The position numbers and the translations under genes were made by a program. The notes beneath the pieces are model-generated. The model made no database searches and was not told the origin of the DNA. It saw only the letters and a list, made by a program, of their open reading frames with translations. A stretch of 64,000 nt of DNA from NCBI RefSeq assembly GCF_001194135.2, contig NC_069000.1, positions 3,100,972-3,164,971 on the forward strand, in the 5' to 3' direction. This stretch comes from Octopus bimaculoides. Lineage: Eukaryota. This document shows positions 11,063 to 23,990 of this stretch, piece by piece (the stretch's first letter is position 1; the number at the start of each line of letters is the position of its first letter).

Positions 11063-13149
11063 TATATCTATACACTGAAGAATATATATTTAACAGTGAA
11101 GAACTTAGACAGAAAGAGCAAAACTAGGATGTGGGAAATAAGAAAATATGTGCTAAAACAAGGTTATTACTTGATGTTTTTTTCCTACATATAGTAAGTT
11201 CCTGTTCAGCTTCTGATGTGTAGCTTTATTATGATAAACACGTGTAGAATGAGCTTTAAAATACATTGAAACAATCCATTTCAGCAGGGAATTTAATTAT
11301 ACAACATCTTGATTTAGTTCTAAATGGTATTTTCTTTCACAGTATTTCATAAACCTCACATTGACTCTGCACTAAGGTTTTATATATTGTCCTACTTATT
11401 TCGCTCCTACAAGTGGGGAGCAGCTTTTGAAACTAATTCCGGTTTGACGGGATAAGAATGATAGCACAGATTCTTGTTCATTAGTTTTGTATAATCTGTT
11501 CAATCAGTTGTCTTATCACGTGGGTGTGTGTATGTATATATATATATATATATATNNNNNNNNNNNNNNNNNNNNNNNNNNNNNNNNNNNNNNNNNNNNN
11601 NNNNNNNNNNNNNNNNNNNNNNNNNNNNNNNNNNNNNNNNNNNNNNNNNNNNNNNNNNNNNNNNNNNNNNNNNNNNNNNNNNNNNNATATAAGGATATAT
11701 ATGTGTATGCGTATGCGCATGTTTATGCCTGTATGTGTATGTGTACGTCTCCTTCCGATCTACAAAATAATTTTACCAGAGCTAAAAAGGTGTCGTTAAT
11801 CACTGTTGCACCATTCATCAATCCTAGTTAAATATTTCAAAAATTTCAAATTCTACCAATGGGAGGGAACAGAATACGTATTTCTTCCAAATATATAATA
11901 AGGGTTGAATTCTGACCAATTTAAAATTCATACATCTTTTTCCTATTTTGTCCCAAATGTAATTTGTCATTCGGCAACCAAAGACAACAAGGATAAATTA
12001 GGAACTTTGTGTGCAATGGTAAATATTTAAAAGTACACGCGCCGCATGGATAGAGGCTCCGGAATATAGATTGCCGAATCATATCCAATGGTTTATGTTT
12101 TAAATACTTCCTATTATCTACCATTAGCTCCTTCTGTATTGATCGAACTTCTTAAGTCCCCTTCAACTTCCCTTGTCCCATTTTCCTCTTCTCTTTCGCA
12201 CACAGTTCTATCTTTTATCGATCTATCTAGAGTTTTTCTAACTATAGAGGTTACTTACTCCAATATCTATTTACATGCTGTTATTTATAGATTTGTCTAC
12301 TTGGAGTTTCACCTTTACAAATAAATAAAATGATTTTAAGCTCACTCGAAGTTTATAATTATTATGACTGCAACATACATACAAACACACACACATACAC
12401 ACACGCACACATATATATATGCATTCATACATATGTATTATTCGAATGCATAATTCGAATATATATGTAATTATTATGACTCAAACATACATACACATAG
12501 ATATATATACATGCATTCATACACACACATATGTATATCTTCGAATGCATGCATTGACACACATATGCGTGCGTGCGTTTGCATGTGTGTATATCATTAA
12601 GTGGATCCTGGTATAGAAACCAGTGCACGCAATGATATAAATCAAAAAGTTCTAAAGCTGAAGAACAGTATTTACCGCATTTAAGTTTACCATTTCAAGG
12701 TGTCTCTCATAAAAATGAGAGGAATGCTTTAAAATCTAGTTTCTTATTCTAATTCATATCAATATCTTAAGCATTCATGCAGAAAACCCCAACGCATATA
12801 CACATACATGAATATAAACATTTTATATCTTTCTATATCTTCCTACACATAACGTATGAGATCTGAACTTCTGAACTGAAATGTCGACAGGAAAATGCAC
12901 TTTAGATAGAGTTGATAGCTGAGAAGTCACAAGCGGTTTTCTTCTTTCTCATATGTGGTATTGAATTGGCATTACACACATACATAAATCTACAAAAGCA
13001 TACAAACACATACATTCATGCAGACACATCCATGTATGCAAGTATACTTACAGATACGATAGAAACATAATATATGCACATACGTATTAGCACACACACA
13101 CACACACACATATATATATGTATATATATATATATATATNNNNNNNNNN

Positions 13150-13193
<44 letters not shown>

Positions 13194-13516
13194 AAATATG
13201 TCCTATATTACTAAATGTATGCATAATCTCCAGATCTTTAATACAAAAGGCGTGCTGTGCAATACAGTTCATTGGACAATGTTAAAGTATCAAGTAATGC
13301 GTTTTTTCTATCTTAGATTTATATGTGTCTTCTTATATTTCCTCATAAGTGAATGTAAATGTGAAAGTGAAAGTACATTTTGGCTTGCTCTCATGCTATC
13401 ATATAAACATCATTCATAAATCACGATTAAAAGAGCAGTGAACCTTGAATTTCGAGGGTCTGTTATGGTGCTCTATTGTATTATATTGTATTCACATATA
13501 CTTACATACACACACG

Positions 13517-13550
<34 letters not shown>

Positions 13551-13888
13551 NNNNNNNNNNNNNNNNNNNNNNNNNNNNNNNNNNNNNNNNNNNNNNNNNN
13601 NNNNNNNNNNNNNNNNNNNNNNNNNNNNNNNNNNNNNNNNNNNNNNNNNNNNNNNNNNNNNNNNNNNNNNNNNNNNNNNNNNNNNNNNNNNNNNNNNNNN
13701 NNNNNNNNNNNNNNNNNNNNNNNNNNNNNNNNNNNNNNNNNNNNNNNNNNNNNNNNNNNNNNNNNNNNNNNNNNNNNNNNNNNNNNNNNNNNNNNNNNNN
13801 NNNNNNNNNNNNNNNNNNNNNNNNNNNNNNNNNNNNNNNNNNNNNNNNNNNNNNNNNNNNNNNNNNNNNNNNNNNNNNNNNNNNNNNN

Positions 13889-13937
<49 letters not shown>

Positions 13938-14289
13938 TATACGTCCATTGGTGTACGTTTATGTGTGTGTATGTTGCTGGGGGTGATTTGCTGATGCAAG
14001 CAAAATGCTACCAAAATCGATTATTGGGTCCGTCTGAAAAGGGAAGCGTATAACTTATTAGACATAGGTGACGACCGTGTTCGGTAATGCCATCAGAATG
14101 TGGAACCGAACCTGTATGGAAGACTTCGACTTCGTTCCACGGTTTTTGAACCATTTTCTCTTATTATATTATTCTTGTTGGTGGATCATCGCCGTTAGAG
14201 TCCTGTTTTTGGAATATAGGTTAGATCCGAAAACGTAACATTCGAACACATAAATATAACGAGGCGCTAATCTATAAATAGAATTCGAT

Positions 14290-15330
14290 TGTAGATGATT
14301 ATTATTGTTTTTAATACTTTCGGTGCCGTCAACATTCTCGTGTCATCATTTTCATCACTGTCATCACCATTCGTCTCAGCCATCTCCCTCAACCTCGCCA
14401 TTGCAATAATCCCCACCATCGCAACCACTAGCGCTCTCATCATCATCAACTCCAGCATTTCTCTTCTCGTTTTCGTCTTCCATCTTATTATCATCCTCAT
14501 TATCGTTGCGAACATCATTATCGTCATCAATCACGATTACCTGCGCTTTCAATGTCCTCCTCACCACCTGCGTCACAACCCCGCTTCCACACCATTCAAT
14601 AATGTTATGTTTTCTAAAGTGTTTTCTTAAAACCTTGTTTTCTTAAAGATAAAGAGATATAAAGATTTGTTTTGTTTTGCAGAAATACCCCCCACCACCC
14701 ACCACATCGCGTACCATAAACATCATCATTACCATCATCCGTTGCGCCTCATCACCACCACCATTACCATTACCAACAACAACAAACGCATTACAATTAA
14801 TACAAGATTATCGTCAACACCACCACCACTATCAAGAGCAGCACTAATACCACTACATACATCAACCCTACTACTATACCCTTGCCACCACTTTCAGCAT
14901 TACCACCAGTAGCCTGCTCCTCATTGTCCGTCACGTGACGAGCCCTTTTTAATCTCCCACTGTCCTGTACTATTACCATCAGGACAATCATCATCACCAC
15001 CGCTATCACCGACTCTCCTACTGCTGCCGTCGGTGCCACCGCATTCGTCATTCTTCCTCTCTATCACATATAATGCATATACCGCCACCACCATCACCAT
15101 CACTAAGAACACCAGCACCTCTACCAGCAAAGCAGATGGTTGCCAACTTCGTGCTCAACATCAACGCCAGCACCATCACAATAGTAATCGCATTTACCAA
15201 TAGTAACGGTATCACTACCACTGAATGCAACTAATTTACCACCATTAGCAATAACACCAATGCTAATTAAAACTAGAGCATAAATTAAAGCTAGAGCATA
15301 TCCTGGAATTCCATCGGTGACGATGACAAG
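14290..15330. repeat. Cryptic trinucleotide low-complexity tract (CAT/CAC/ACC-rich)
   Basis: About 1 kb of degenerate catcatc/caccacc/accatt triplets. The His/Thr/Ile-rich and Asp/Gly/Val-rich ORFs on both strands are compositional artefacts. Confidence 0.7.
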
Positions 15331-15339
15331 GGTTCCAAT

Positions 15340-15556
15340 TGATCCAATCAACAAAACAGTCTGCTCCTGAAATTAAACTCAAGTGGCTGAGTAATCCACA
15401 GACACGTATACCTTTAACGTACTACTCAGTTTTGCCTGCTGGATGGAATGGAGCAACGTGAAATAAAGTGTCGTGCTCAAGGACATAACGCGTCGCGGAG
15501 AATCGAACTCACGACCTTACAACAATTAACCGAATACTCTAACAACTACACCACTG
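15340..15556 (-). mobile_element. SINE family B (internally deleted)
   Basis: aacagtctgctcctgaaattaaactcaagtggctgagtaatccacagacacg...ggagcaacgtgaaataaagtgtcgtgctcaaggacataacgcg...aatcgaactcacgacctt (reverse B-box); homologous to 33965-34262. Confidence 0.85.
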
Positions 15557-16309
15557 ACTTCAATACCACCTCTTCTGTCATACATACCATCTTTCCGACA
15601 TCCCCAATAAACATTCACGTACCACCAGTACTACATCACTACCATCTCCGATATTATCACCACTGCAATACATTGCCATCAAACTGAATGCGTTGAGCGC
15701 CGTTCTCACCTACACTCCCACCCCAAAATATAACCCCCCCCATCACCAACACTACCATCCATTAAAATAAACATCTCAATTTTAAATCTTTTTCATAAAT
15801 TTGTCCTTAATATTTTTTTGTTCTCATTTACCCTTTTTTTTTAGTTTTTCATTAAATTTTGATTGTTATTTTTTTTTTGATATTATAGATTAGATTGCTG
15901 TTATAGTTGCTGATGTTAAATAGTGCGTCGTTTTTTGCTATTATTGTTGAATAATGCTTCGTTGGTGCTGCTCTCTGGTTGCTGTTGTCGTTGTTACTGT
16001 TGTAGTTGCGTTTTATGCCGTCGTAGTTACAGATAGTGATATATGATGATGATGACGATATTCTTGATGTCATCGTTTTCATTCTTGTTGTTATTTCAAG
16101 ATACCGTTTTAAAATCGTTGCATTGTGAATTCTTCATAGTTGAATGCTTCTTTTTTTACGTTAGATGTACTCCTTTCATGGAAACCTGAATTCATAATTA
16201 AACGAACACATTCAATTTAAAAATATACACTCACAAACACACATAAAAACCAGCTTGGCCCTTTATTTACTCTTTACTATTTATTTGCCTTCTTGTTATT
16301 ATATTTGTT

Positions 16310-16549
16310 ACCGTCACCATCATCCTCATATCAGAAATAATCATTATTATCATTAATATCATCATCATCATTATTATAATCATCATCATTATTATCATTA
16401 AATCGGTAGTAACTGTTATTATTATTAGCGATATTGATGTTATTGTTCTTATTATTTCAGAAAACAGTATCGTTATTAACTTTATTATTACTGTTATTAT
16501 TATTCTGATATTTGTATCATTATTATATCAGAAATAATAATTATAATTG

Positions 16550-16580
<31 letters not shown>

Positions 16581-16630
16581 CATCATCATCATCATCATCG
16601 CCATCATTATTGTCACTATTATAATTAATT
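16310..16630. repeat. (ATT/ATC)n trinucleotide low-complexity tract
   Basis: Degenerate attattatcatcatc runs. Confidence 0.85.
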
Positions 16631-17330
16631 TGGGGTTCCTGCTTTCGCTTTTGTTTGTTTTATTTTGTTCTTTGTTTTTCACTAGGAAAGAAATTACATT
16701 CATTATTCTTAAAAAAAAAAGCGTCTATTCGTTCGTTAATTCATCGTTCATTCCGCTATTCTTTGCTTTTATTTTTGATTTAGTATCTGTGCTACCATTA
16801 GAAACTAATACGTGTTGATCATCATGGAATATATTCTTTCGTTCCGTCATTCATTCTTTTATTAAGAGTATTTACTTCTCCCATACTTAAATACATACAT
16901 ACATACGTACATTAAATAGATGATGGCCGCAAACTCGCGTTCGAGTATTGCCATCACTTCATCGAAAGTCCCAGACATGCGAGGGCTACGACCAGCCATT
17001 TTTGCAATAGGTCATACTTTTCTCTTTCAAGCGATGTCTGTGCCCGATGGTTTCTAATGTGGGGTGGGTGGGATTTGCACAAGTCCAATCCCCACTCTCT
17101 GAATATGGACAACATAAACTCTGAAAGAAGAACTAGTCTACATCATTGAACATTGTCAGAGTCACAGGTTTTCTCTCAGAGTTTCCCTTCCCCTGGCGAT
17201 ATGTTCTGACAACAACAGAGGGGCCTTCTACTCCCTGTGGAACAAACACGCGTTTGGACAGAAATCCAGGTATTTCCACATTCCCACGCATAAAAGGAGT
17301 CAACAAAATAGTCTTAAATTTACACATACA

Positions 17331-17380
<50 letters not shown>

Positions 17381-18231
17381 GTACACATATATAGGTATAT
17401 GTATATATATGTACATGTACATGCAGATTCAGATTTATGCGTACACTTATAGACACACAGCTATGCACACACTTACACGCACATCTTCCTGTGTATCTAT
17501 GTATATATATATATATCGCTGGGCGGTTGGTTATAGTGAGAAATAGTCGTCCATTCATTAAATTTCTTCGTACATTCTTTCCTTCATTCAGAGAAGCGAT
17601 TGTAGCTCGCTCATTATGATATACCAATTACATCATTGTCCCTTTTGTCTTATTCTTTTCACTTAACGATATAAATTTATAAATTTCTAACATATCTGAA
17701 ATAATTCGAACAAAGATAAATCAAGAACTACTTTCCATGTAACTAATTATTCTCTCATTTGCCGTCGTTCTCTGAAACACCCATCTTTCTACCATCTTTC
17801 TCTCTGCTTCCTTCTTTGTGGAATTCTATCCAAATTTAATTTAGTCTCTGGAGACTTACATTACACACATGCCTTTTATTCTAACAATCTTTAATCGTAT
17901 TTCCAAGTCTTTGTCTTTTTCTCCCGATTTCCAACCGATACTTTAGATTCCTTTACGTTTGTAACAAACCATATTATTTCCTTGGTTTTATTCTGCCTTT
18001 CGTTCGCCTACTCTCACCACATAAATCTGTTTGCCTTTATACATCTATCTCTCTATTTTTCCATCATGCTGTTATCTTTTGTATCTCTCTTCCTTGTTCC
18101 CACATAAAATCTACATTTGCATTTGCCTCTCATTAGTCACCATATCTTTGCAAATCTAACTCTCTTATTTCTCAATTGTATTCCACTTCCCAATTCTAAG
18201 TCTACCACTCCTTTAGTAAACCACAGCAACG

Positions 18232-18290
<59 letters not shown>

Positions 18291-19375
18291 CGCTTGTGTG
18301 TTTGTGTAAGTGTGTCAAGTTAAATTATAAACAATTTCACTTGAAACTGTGTTATATTTCTGCTGCTTTTAAACAAAGTATATATATATAACGTTAACGT
18401 TATTATTTTAAAGCGCATTTGTGTGGAAGAAACCTAAGCATTTACTGACATTAAAGTGGAAGTTATACAGAAGCTCAGTACGAGTGGGCCTTAACGTTTT
18501 GCTTGGTCGGAAAACGAACCCAGGAGACCCACTACATATACACTATGTTCACAGAATGTTTATGTATGATTTTAGGCATGGAAACTTGTATAAGCAGTTT
18601 CCAGTTCAATCTGTATATAAGCTGCTATTATTCATTGGCAATATACCCTCCCCTTTTCGTGTTTTCTCATTAGTCTTAGTGCAGATTTAACTTCCATCAC
18701 TCATACATCTTCTTCTTTCTCCGGCTCATCTATCTCTCTCTGTCTGTCTTTCCTCCTCATTGTGTTTTGATTGATCTCTCTCAATCCATCAAATTTTCTT
18801 TCTGTCTCTAATTCAAATCCCTTCATATACGATGCGAGATGCTTTACTAATCATCCGCATCTCTTTCCTTCCCTATCTCCCTATTTACGTCTTTCGATTG
18901 ATCTCTCCCAAATCACCAGTTTCTCACTCACCCCTCTCTCTCTCTCTCTACATGAAATCATAATTTCTTGACAAATTAAAATCTATATAAAGCCAACGAA
19001 TAACGTACTTTCCAGCATCCATTCACATTCGCTGTTCGTTTTCGTTGCACCGTCCCACTCGTTTCATTCGCTTTATTCTCCGATACGTCCTTGTTTTCTG
19101 CTCTTTTTATTCTGCACTACACAATTCCTTCTTCATCTAACATCAAAGCATTATGTAACAAAAGAACGAAGGAAAATTTGCAAAATTAATTAAAATATGC
19201 TGGTTAATCAAAGTAGCAAACCTTGTCCGTTTTGAGATTAAAATAAAAAAAGCAAAAAAAATACAAAACAAAAAAGCTTATCGAAAGTATCATTCGTTGT
19301 TGTTAACATGAGTATGTCCAGGGATATGCATGCAACATACGTACACACAAACACACACACGCGTGTGTGTGTATG

Positions 19376-19425
<50 letters not shown>

Positions 19426-19509
19426 ACTCCTTTACTAGTTTTAGTTCGAGAGCTGCAACAATGCTGGGGTACCGCTATTAAAACGTGGTGTGTGTGTGTT
19501 TATGTAGTA

Positions 19510-19640
19510 GGGGCGAGTGGCATAGTCGTCACAGTATTAAGATCGGGGGATCGTGGTTTCAATTCGGATATCTGGTAATGCGTATGCTCTTGAGCAAAAT
19601 ATTTCGTTTTTCAAGTTGCACTGTGGTCCCTTTGATATCT
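19510..19640 (+). mobile_element. Degenerate SINE family B head
   Basis: gagtggcatagtcg...tcgtggtttcaattc...tgcgtatgctcttgagcaaaatatttcg, matching the A-box, B-box and ttgagcaag motif. Confidence 0.55.
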
Positions 19641-20458
19641 AGAGTGTAGAAGACTATGCCTCTGTACAGGCAGTGTTAATATGATGGAAGCAGTGAGTTA
19701 ATGTTTAGCATTGACCTTTGACCTCTATAAACAAAATATTTAGGTAACATATTGTGAAGAATATTCAACATTCTAAAATCAGTCTATTACTCTGCCTTTG
19801 GTATTTCGCTGCTATTTCTCCCTCCTTGTTTTGCGTTTACACGATCATACGTCTGTGTGTGCCTGTGTTTGTGCGTGGACCCACACGTATATATTCGGCC
19901 GTAAGTGCGCGTAAGTGCACGGGTATATCTCTTGAAGCTGTTACTCAACCTCTCTCATTACAACTCTCTCTTTAGACATGTATAAACATACATGCGTCCG
20001 TATAGTCTATAAATATCCATGTCTGCATGGGGCATATGTATGTGTGTACGCGTCTGTATATATTTAGTATATAGACACTTGAAATAACATTCTTCTCGGG
20101 TCTCTGTTATTTCACTTTCCTAAATATTGGTCGGTTTGTGGGTTAATGATAATGAGATTTCGATTCAAAGATAATTTGCACTTTGAAACCCAAATTCAGG
20201 AACCAATTGTAGATGTCCCAGCAATAATATTTATTTTAATTTCTGTTTATTTTAGTCCTCAACTCGTATGAGTCAATAAATCGTGCGTCCTAATTTTTTA
20301 TGACCCCCACCCCCGAGTCTTCACAGAGCATTCTTGCATTTGTTTGTTTTAAATATCAAGCGATATACATTAATAATTCGAAGAGAAAGGAAAGGAGAAA
20401 AAAGAGTGGAAGATAATAATAGTAATTATTATTATTATTATTATTATTAAGAGAGTGA

Positions 20459-20675
20459 AAGGCGGTGAGCTGGCAGGATCGCTAGCGCGCTGAACGAAGT
20501 ACTTAGAGGCACTTTGTCCTTACGTTAAGAGTTCAAATTATGCCGTCGTCGGCCTTACCAATCATCCTTTCGGGGCCGATAAAATAAGCACCATTAAAAC
20601 ACTGGGGTCGATGTAATCGATACATCCTCTACTCCAAAATGGCTGCCCTTGTGGCAAAATTTGAAACCATTATTA
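20459..20675 (+). mobile_element. SINE family A, near full length
   Basis: ggcggtgagctggcagg...gagttcaaattatgccg...catcctttcggggccgataaaataag...ctggggtcgatgtaatcga...gaaaccattatta (ATT tail). Confidence 0.85.
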
Positions 20676-20885
20676 CGGCAGTGAGCTGGCAGACCCTGGC
20701 GAAGTGCTTAGCGGTATTTTGTCTGCCGCTACGGTCTATATTTAAATTCCGCCGAGGTCGACTTTGCATTTTTCATCCTTTCGGGGTCGATAAATTAACA
20801 ACCAGTCAAGTCCTGGAATCAATGAGATTGACTGTCCGCAAATTCCAGGCCTTGCCCCTATAGTAGAACGGATTATCATTATTAT
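20676..20885 (+). mobile_element. SINE family A, near full length (tandem with previous copy)
   Basis: ggcagtgagctggcag...aaattccgccgaggtcgactttgcattttcatcctttcggggtcgataaattaa...ggattatcattattatt. Confidence 0.88.
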
Positions 20886-21535
20886 TAATTCTTCTTCTTC
20901 TTCTTCTTATTATTATTATTATTATTAAGAGTCAGCGAGTTGAAAGAGTCGTTAGCGTATCGGGGAAAATGATTGACGATACCAGTGAAAGATTAAAGAT
21001 AAAGATAGAAGATTAAAACTCAAGATATGCTAATATTTTTCTGAGTGCATTTCGCCCACGTTATCTCGCATCTTACTGTATCATAATTTTAAGTTAGACA
21101 CGTAAATAATTAGCAATATGTTGAACAGTTAGCACATCATAGGACTTTTGTTAGAATGCATTGATTTAACTAGTTAAGTAAACGCCGTGCATTTTATATA
21201 TTATATATACACTACTTTTGTGATGAAACATAAACAGGAAGTACTGTTACCTTTGTCGTTCACTCCAGAAATGATATTGTACACGCAGCGTAAAATAATA
21301 ATGTTGCGTTTATATTTTAAGCGACTTCCGGTAGGCATTTTCGACTGGTTAAAGAGTGCTTGCGCAATTGTCAGTTATCCGATTTAGTATAACAACAGTG
21401 CACCGTGAGTCTCTTGTGATAAAACCTCGGTTAGACAACCCTATGACGTGGCGCTGATGCTGATTATTACACTTTTTAATGTTTGTGTTTATATCTGTGT
21501 ATTTAATAATTAGACTATTGTATTATGACGTCATG

Positions 21536-21750
21536 AAGGGTGGCGAGCGGACCAAATCTTTAGCAGCCGGACAAAATCCTTTGCGACATTTCTTACCCCA
21601 CTAGATTCTAGGCTCAGTTTACAGCTGTGGTAGACTTTGTCTTGCATCCTTTTTGAGTCAATAAAATAGGTACTATTCGAGCTTTAGGGTCCATGTACTC
21701 GACTAGACCTCTCCCCAAAATTGATGGCCTTGTGCATATAGTAGAAAGCA
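21536..21750 (+). mobile_element. SINE family A, degenerate full-length copy
   Basis: aagggtggcgagcggacc...gtagactttgtcttgcatcctttttgagtcaataaaataggtac...atggccttgtgcatatagtagaaagcatta. Confidence 0.7.
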
Positions 21751-21756
21751 TTACGC

Positions 21757-21841
21757 TGTAGTGAATTTAATCCACTACCGACTGCACTGCCGCTAAGCAA
21801 TTTGTCCGATGTGCTGACGATTCTCTCAGCTCGCTGCCTTA
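21757..21841 (-). mobile_element. SINE family A 5' head, inverted relative to the neighbouring copy
   Basis: Reverse complement taaggcagcgagctgagagaatcgtcagcacatcggacaaattgcttagcggcag matches the family A head. Confidence 0.75.
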
Positions 21842-22997
21842 TAGAAGAGAAACAATCGCAGAAGAACATTTTATTTCAAAATAGAAAGTTTAGAAAACAG
21901 TAATTTTACATTCGCTTCTAAAGTGTTGCAGCTTGTTCCAGCAAGCTATTAGGCTAATAAAAGAAAAATCCGAAAAAAGAAATCTGACATTTTAAACATA
22001 GGAAAAACTGAAAGAAATTTACATTATTCTTAAGTCAGTAGAACGTCGATCTACGAAGTATGAGGAGTGACGTCAATAATAGAGTGTGCAAGCTAGGGAA
22101 AAACCCTGAAAACCTAAGCAGTTTCTCGATACAATAATATTCTCAGTTTTCATTTCTTTTTCTTTTTTTTCTTTCGAACTTAATCATAAGCTTTTGGTTT
22201 GAAGAAACAGAAAAAGAGAAGTCAAGATGTAACGACATGAGAAGAAGAAATGTAAAGCACGCCGGAAAATGGTATGACTAAAATAAATATGCATATTTTA
22301 AAAATTATATTCTTGTATGGTGACGGTTGAGATTTAACACCTGTCAAATACAGAACCTCCATTTTTTTTTCATATTTTCTGCGGATAAAGAAAATCTAAA
22401 CATGTTGCATTTGATATTTTTTGTTTCAATTTTCCTTCCAAATGTTTAGAAGATTGTAACAGCTGCCACCTCTCATACAGATTACTTTGTTATTTGGGGT
22501 TTTTTTTTCTCTGATGCCATCTGACAAATAATTTCAATTCCTGTTTTATTCATTTTGTTTTTCTTGCTATAAAAGGAATCATTATTTTTCCTGTAGCATA
22601 TAAAGAGCCACTGTATTTGAATAAAGACCAGTGATGCATAATTCTTCTTTGTTTTATATTATATTTAAAGCTCTATGATTTTCCTTTACTGACTGACTAA
22701 TGGCAGAGAGTGTCAGCGCTGACAATAAAAGTTGTGTTTCGGTTAGAAAAAAAAAAACTGGCGTTTGTTAACATTTATTTGATGGCTATGTCCGAGTATG
22801 AAGAAATTTTGCGTTTTGTGTGAAAATGCAAGGCTACATGTATACTTATAGATTCTTTATACGTGTGTACATATGCTTATAATCATTATATACATCCTTG
22901 TTTGTGTAAAACTAAAACATTAATCATAAAATTGTTGACAAAAAACATCAAAATAGTGCTCTACTATTGGAGAATAACATTTTATGGCACTTAAATG

Positions 22998-23043
<46 letters not shown>

Positions 23044-23242
23044 CTGTGGGCTAGAAAGGGTACCAATTGTTAAAGGGAGCCCCACCTAATATGAAAACTT
23101 TGGTAGTTTTGTTAAACCCAAAATAAAGAATATNNNNNNNNNNCTAATATGAAAACTTTGGTAGTTTTGTTAAACCCAAAATAAAGAATATTTATACACC
23201 AATACAGTGTTGATCATTCATTCTCACTGTTCGATATTAGAG

Positions 23243-23275
<33 letters not shown>

Positions 23276-23289
23276 ATAATAACAAAATA

Positions 23290-23990
23290 TGAAGTCCTAT
23301 CGGAATTTACACGCCGTGGACAAGAATCTTCTTTATCCATTCTACACACAGCACATTCCTTGGATAATGGAACTGCAACAGTAACTTCAAAGATATATTA
23401 TTGTTTGCATATATTCCTTTATACTTCCTATATCTCTGCCTTTCCAAAATAACTTCTTATATTGAACTACTATTTCCTTCTGTTAACTCCCTCATATCGT
23501 CTCTGATGATGGGATATCCTTTATATTACTGAGACCACTGTAAGGCTACCACTGTCTTTATAAATGTCCTAGAAAAATTTCACGCTGCCTTAGCTTTGTT
23601 GACTCGTTTTATTCAATATATAAATATATATTCCTTCTTAAACATTTTGTCCGTGTACAGTGTCGCAATAAATATCGTCACTTCGAAATTTCCCAACTTC
23701 GGGAGACATTTCAACCGTAAAATTCTCGTATCTTAACTAATACATTGTACCCAGTCAAACCTCTTCATTTTCCCTTATGACATTTATATAATTTCTGTAA
23801 AACCCTAATCCCGCTTTTAATGTTCAGCTTTTCACTCTGCTTTCATTTCAGATTATATTCTAACAAATGCCTGGTATTTGTTCAAACAAGAATTCCGAAG
23901 AGATGTGTTCGTCCACATTAGTCCAATTCTATCTAATTTTCGAAAGCTAACTGCAATAAAGGAAGATGGGGTAAAATTTACCATTCTATC
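23290..23990 (-). mobile_element. Decayed Ty3/Gypsy pol fragment (protease to start of RT)
   Basis: Minus-strand frames give IELD*CG..., LTGYN, LYIE*NESTKLRQREIFL, EIVVQYKKLFWKGRDIGSIKEY and VPLSKECAVCRMDKED. Their order is consistent with recalled Gypsy motifs (protease, LLGRD, YPELF..GLG.IK.Y, VP..L...V..EL.RM.KE). Many stops and frameshifts. Confidence 0.4.

Noticed and set aside
13438-14053. Long ORFs of 150-280 aa in the track (also at 29.4-31.0, 44.7-45.3, 46.8-47.5 and 58.3-59.2 kb)
   Set aside because: They run through N gaps and (TA)n/(CA)n repeats and are artefacts.
23086-23191. Exact 48-bp direct repeat (23086-23133 and 23144-23191)
   Set aside because: The copies flank a 10-N gap, typical of an unmerged contig overlap rather than a biological duplication.
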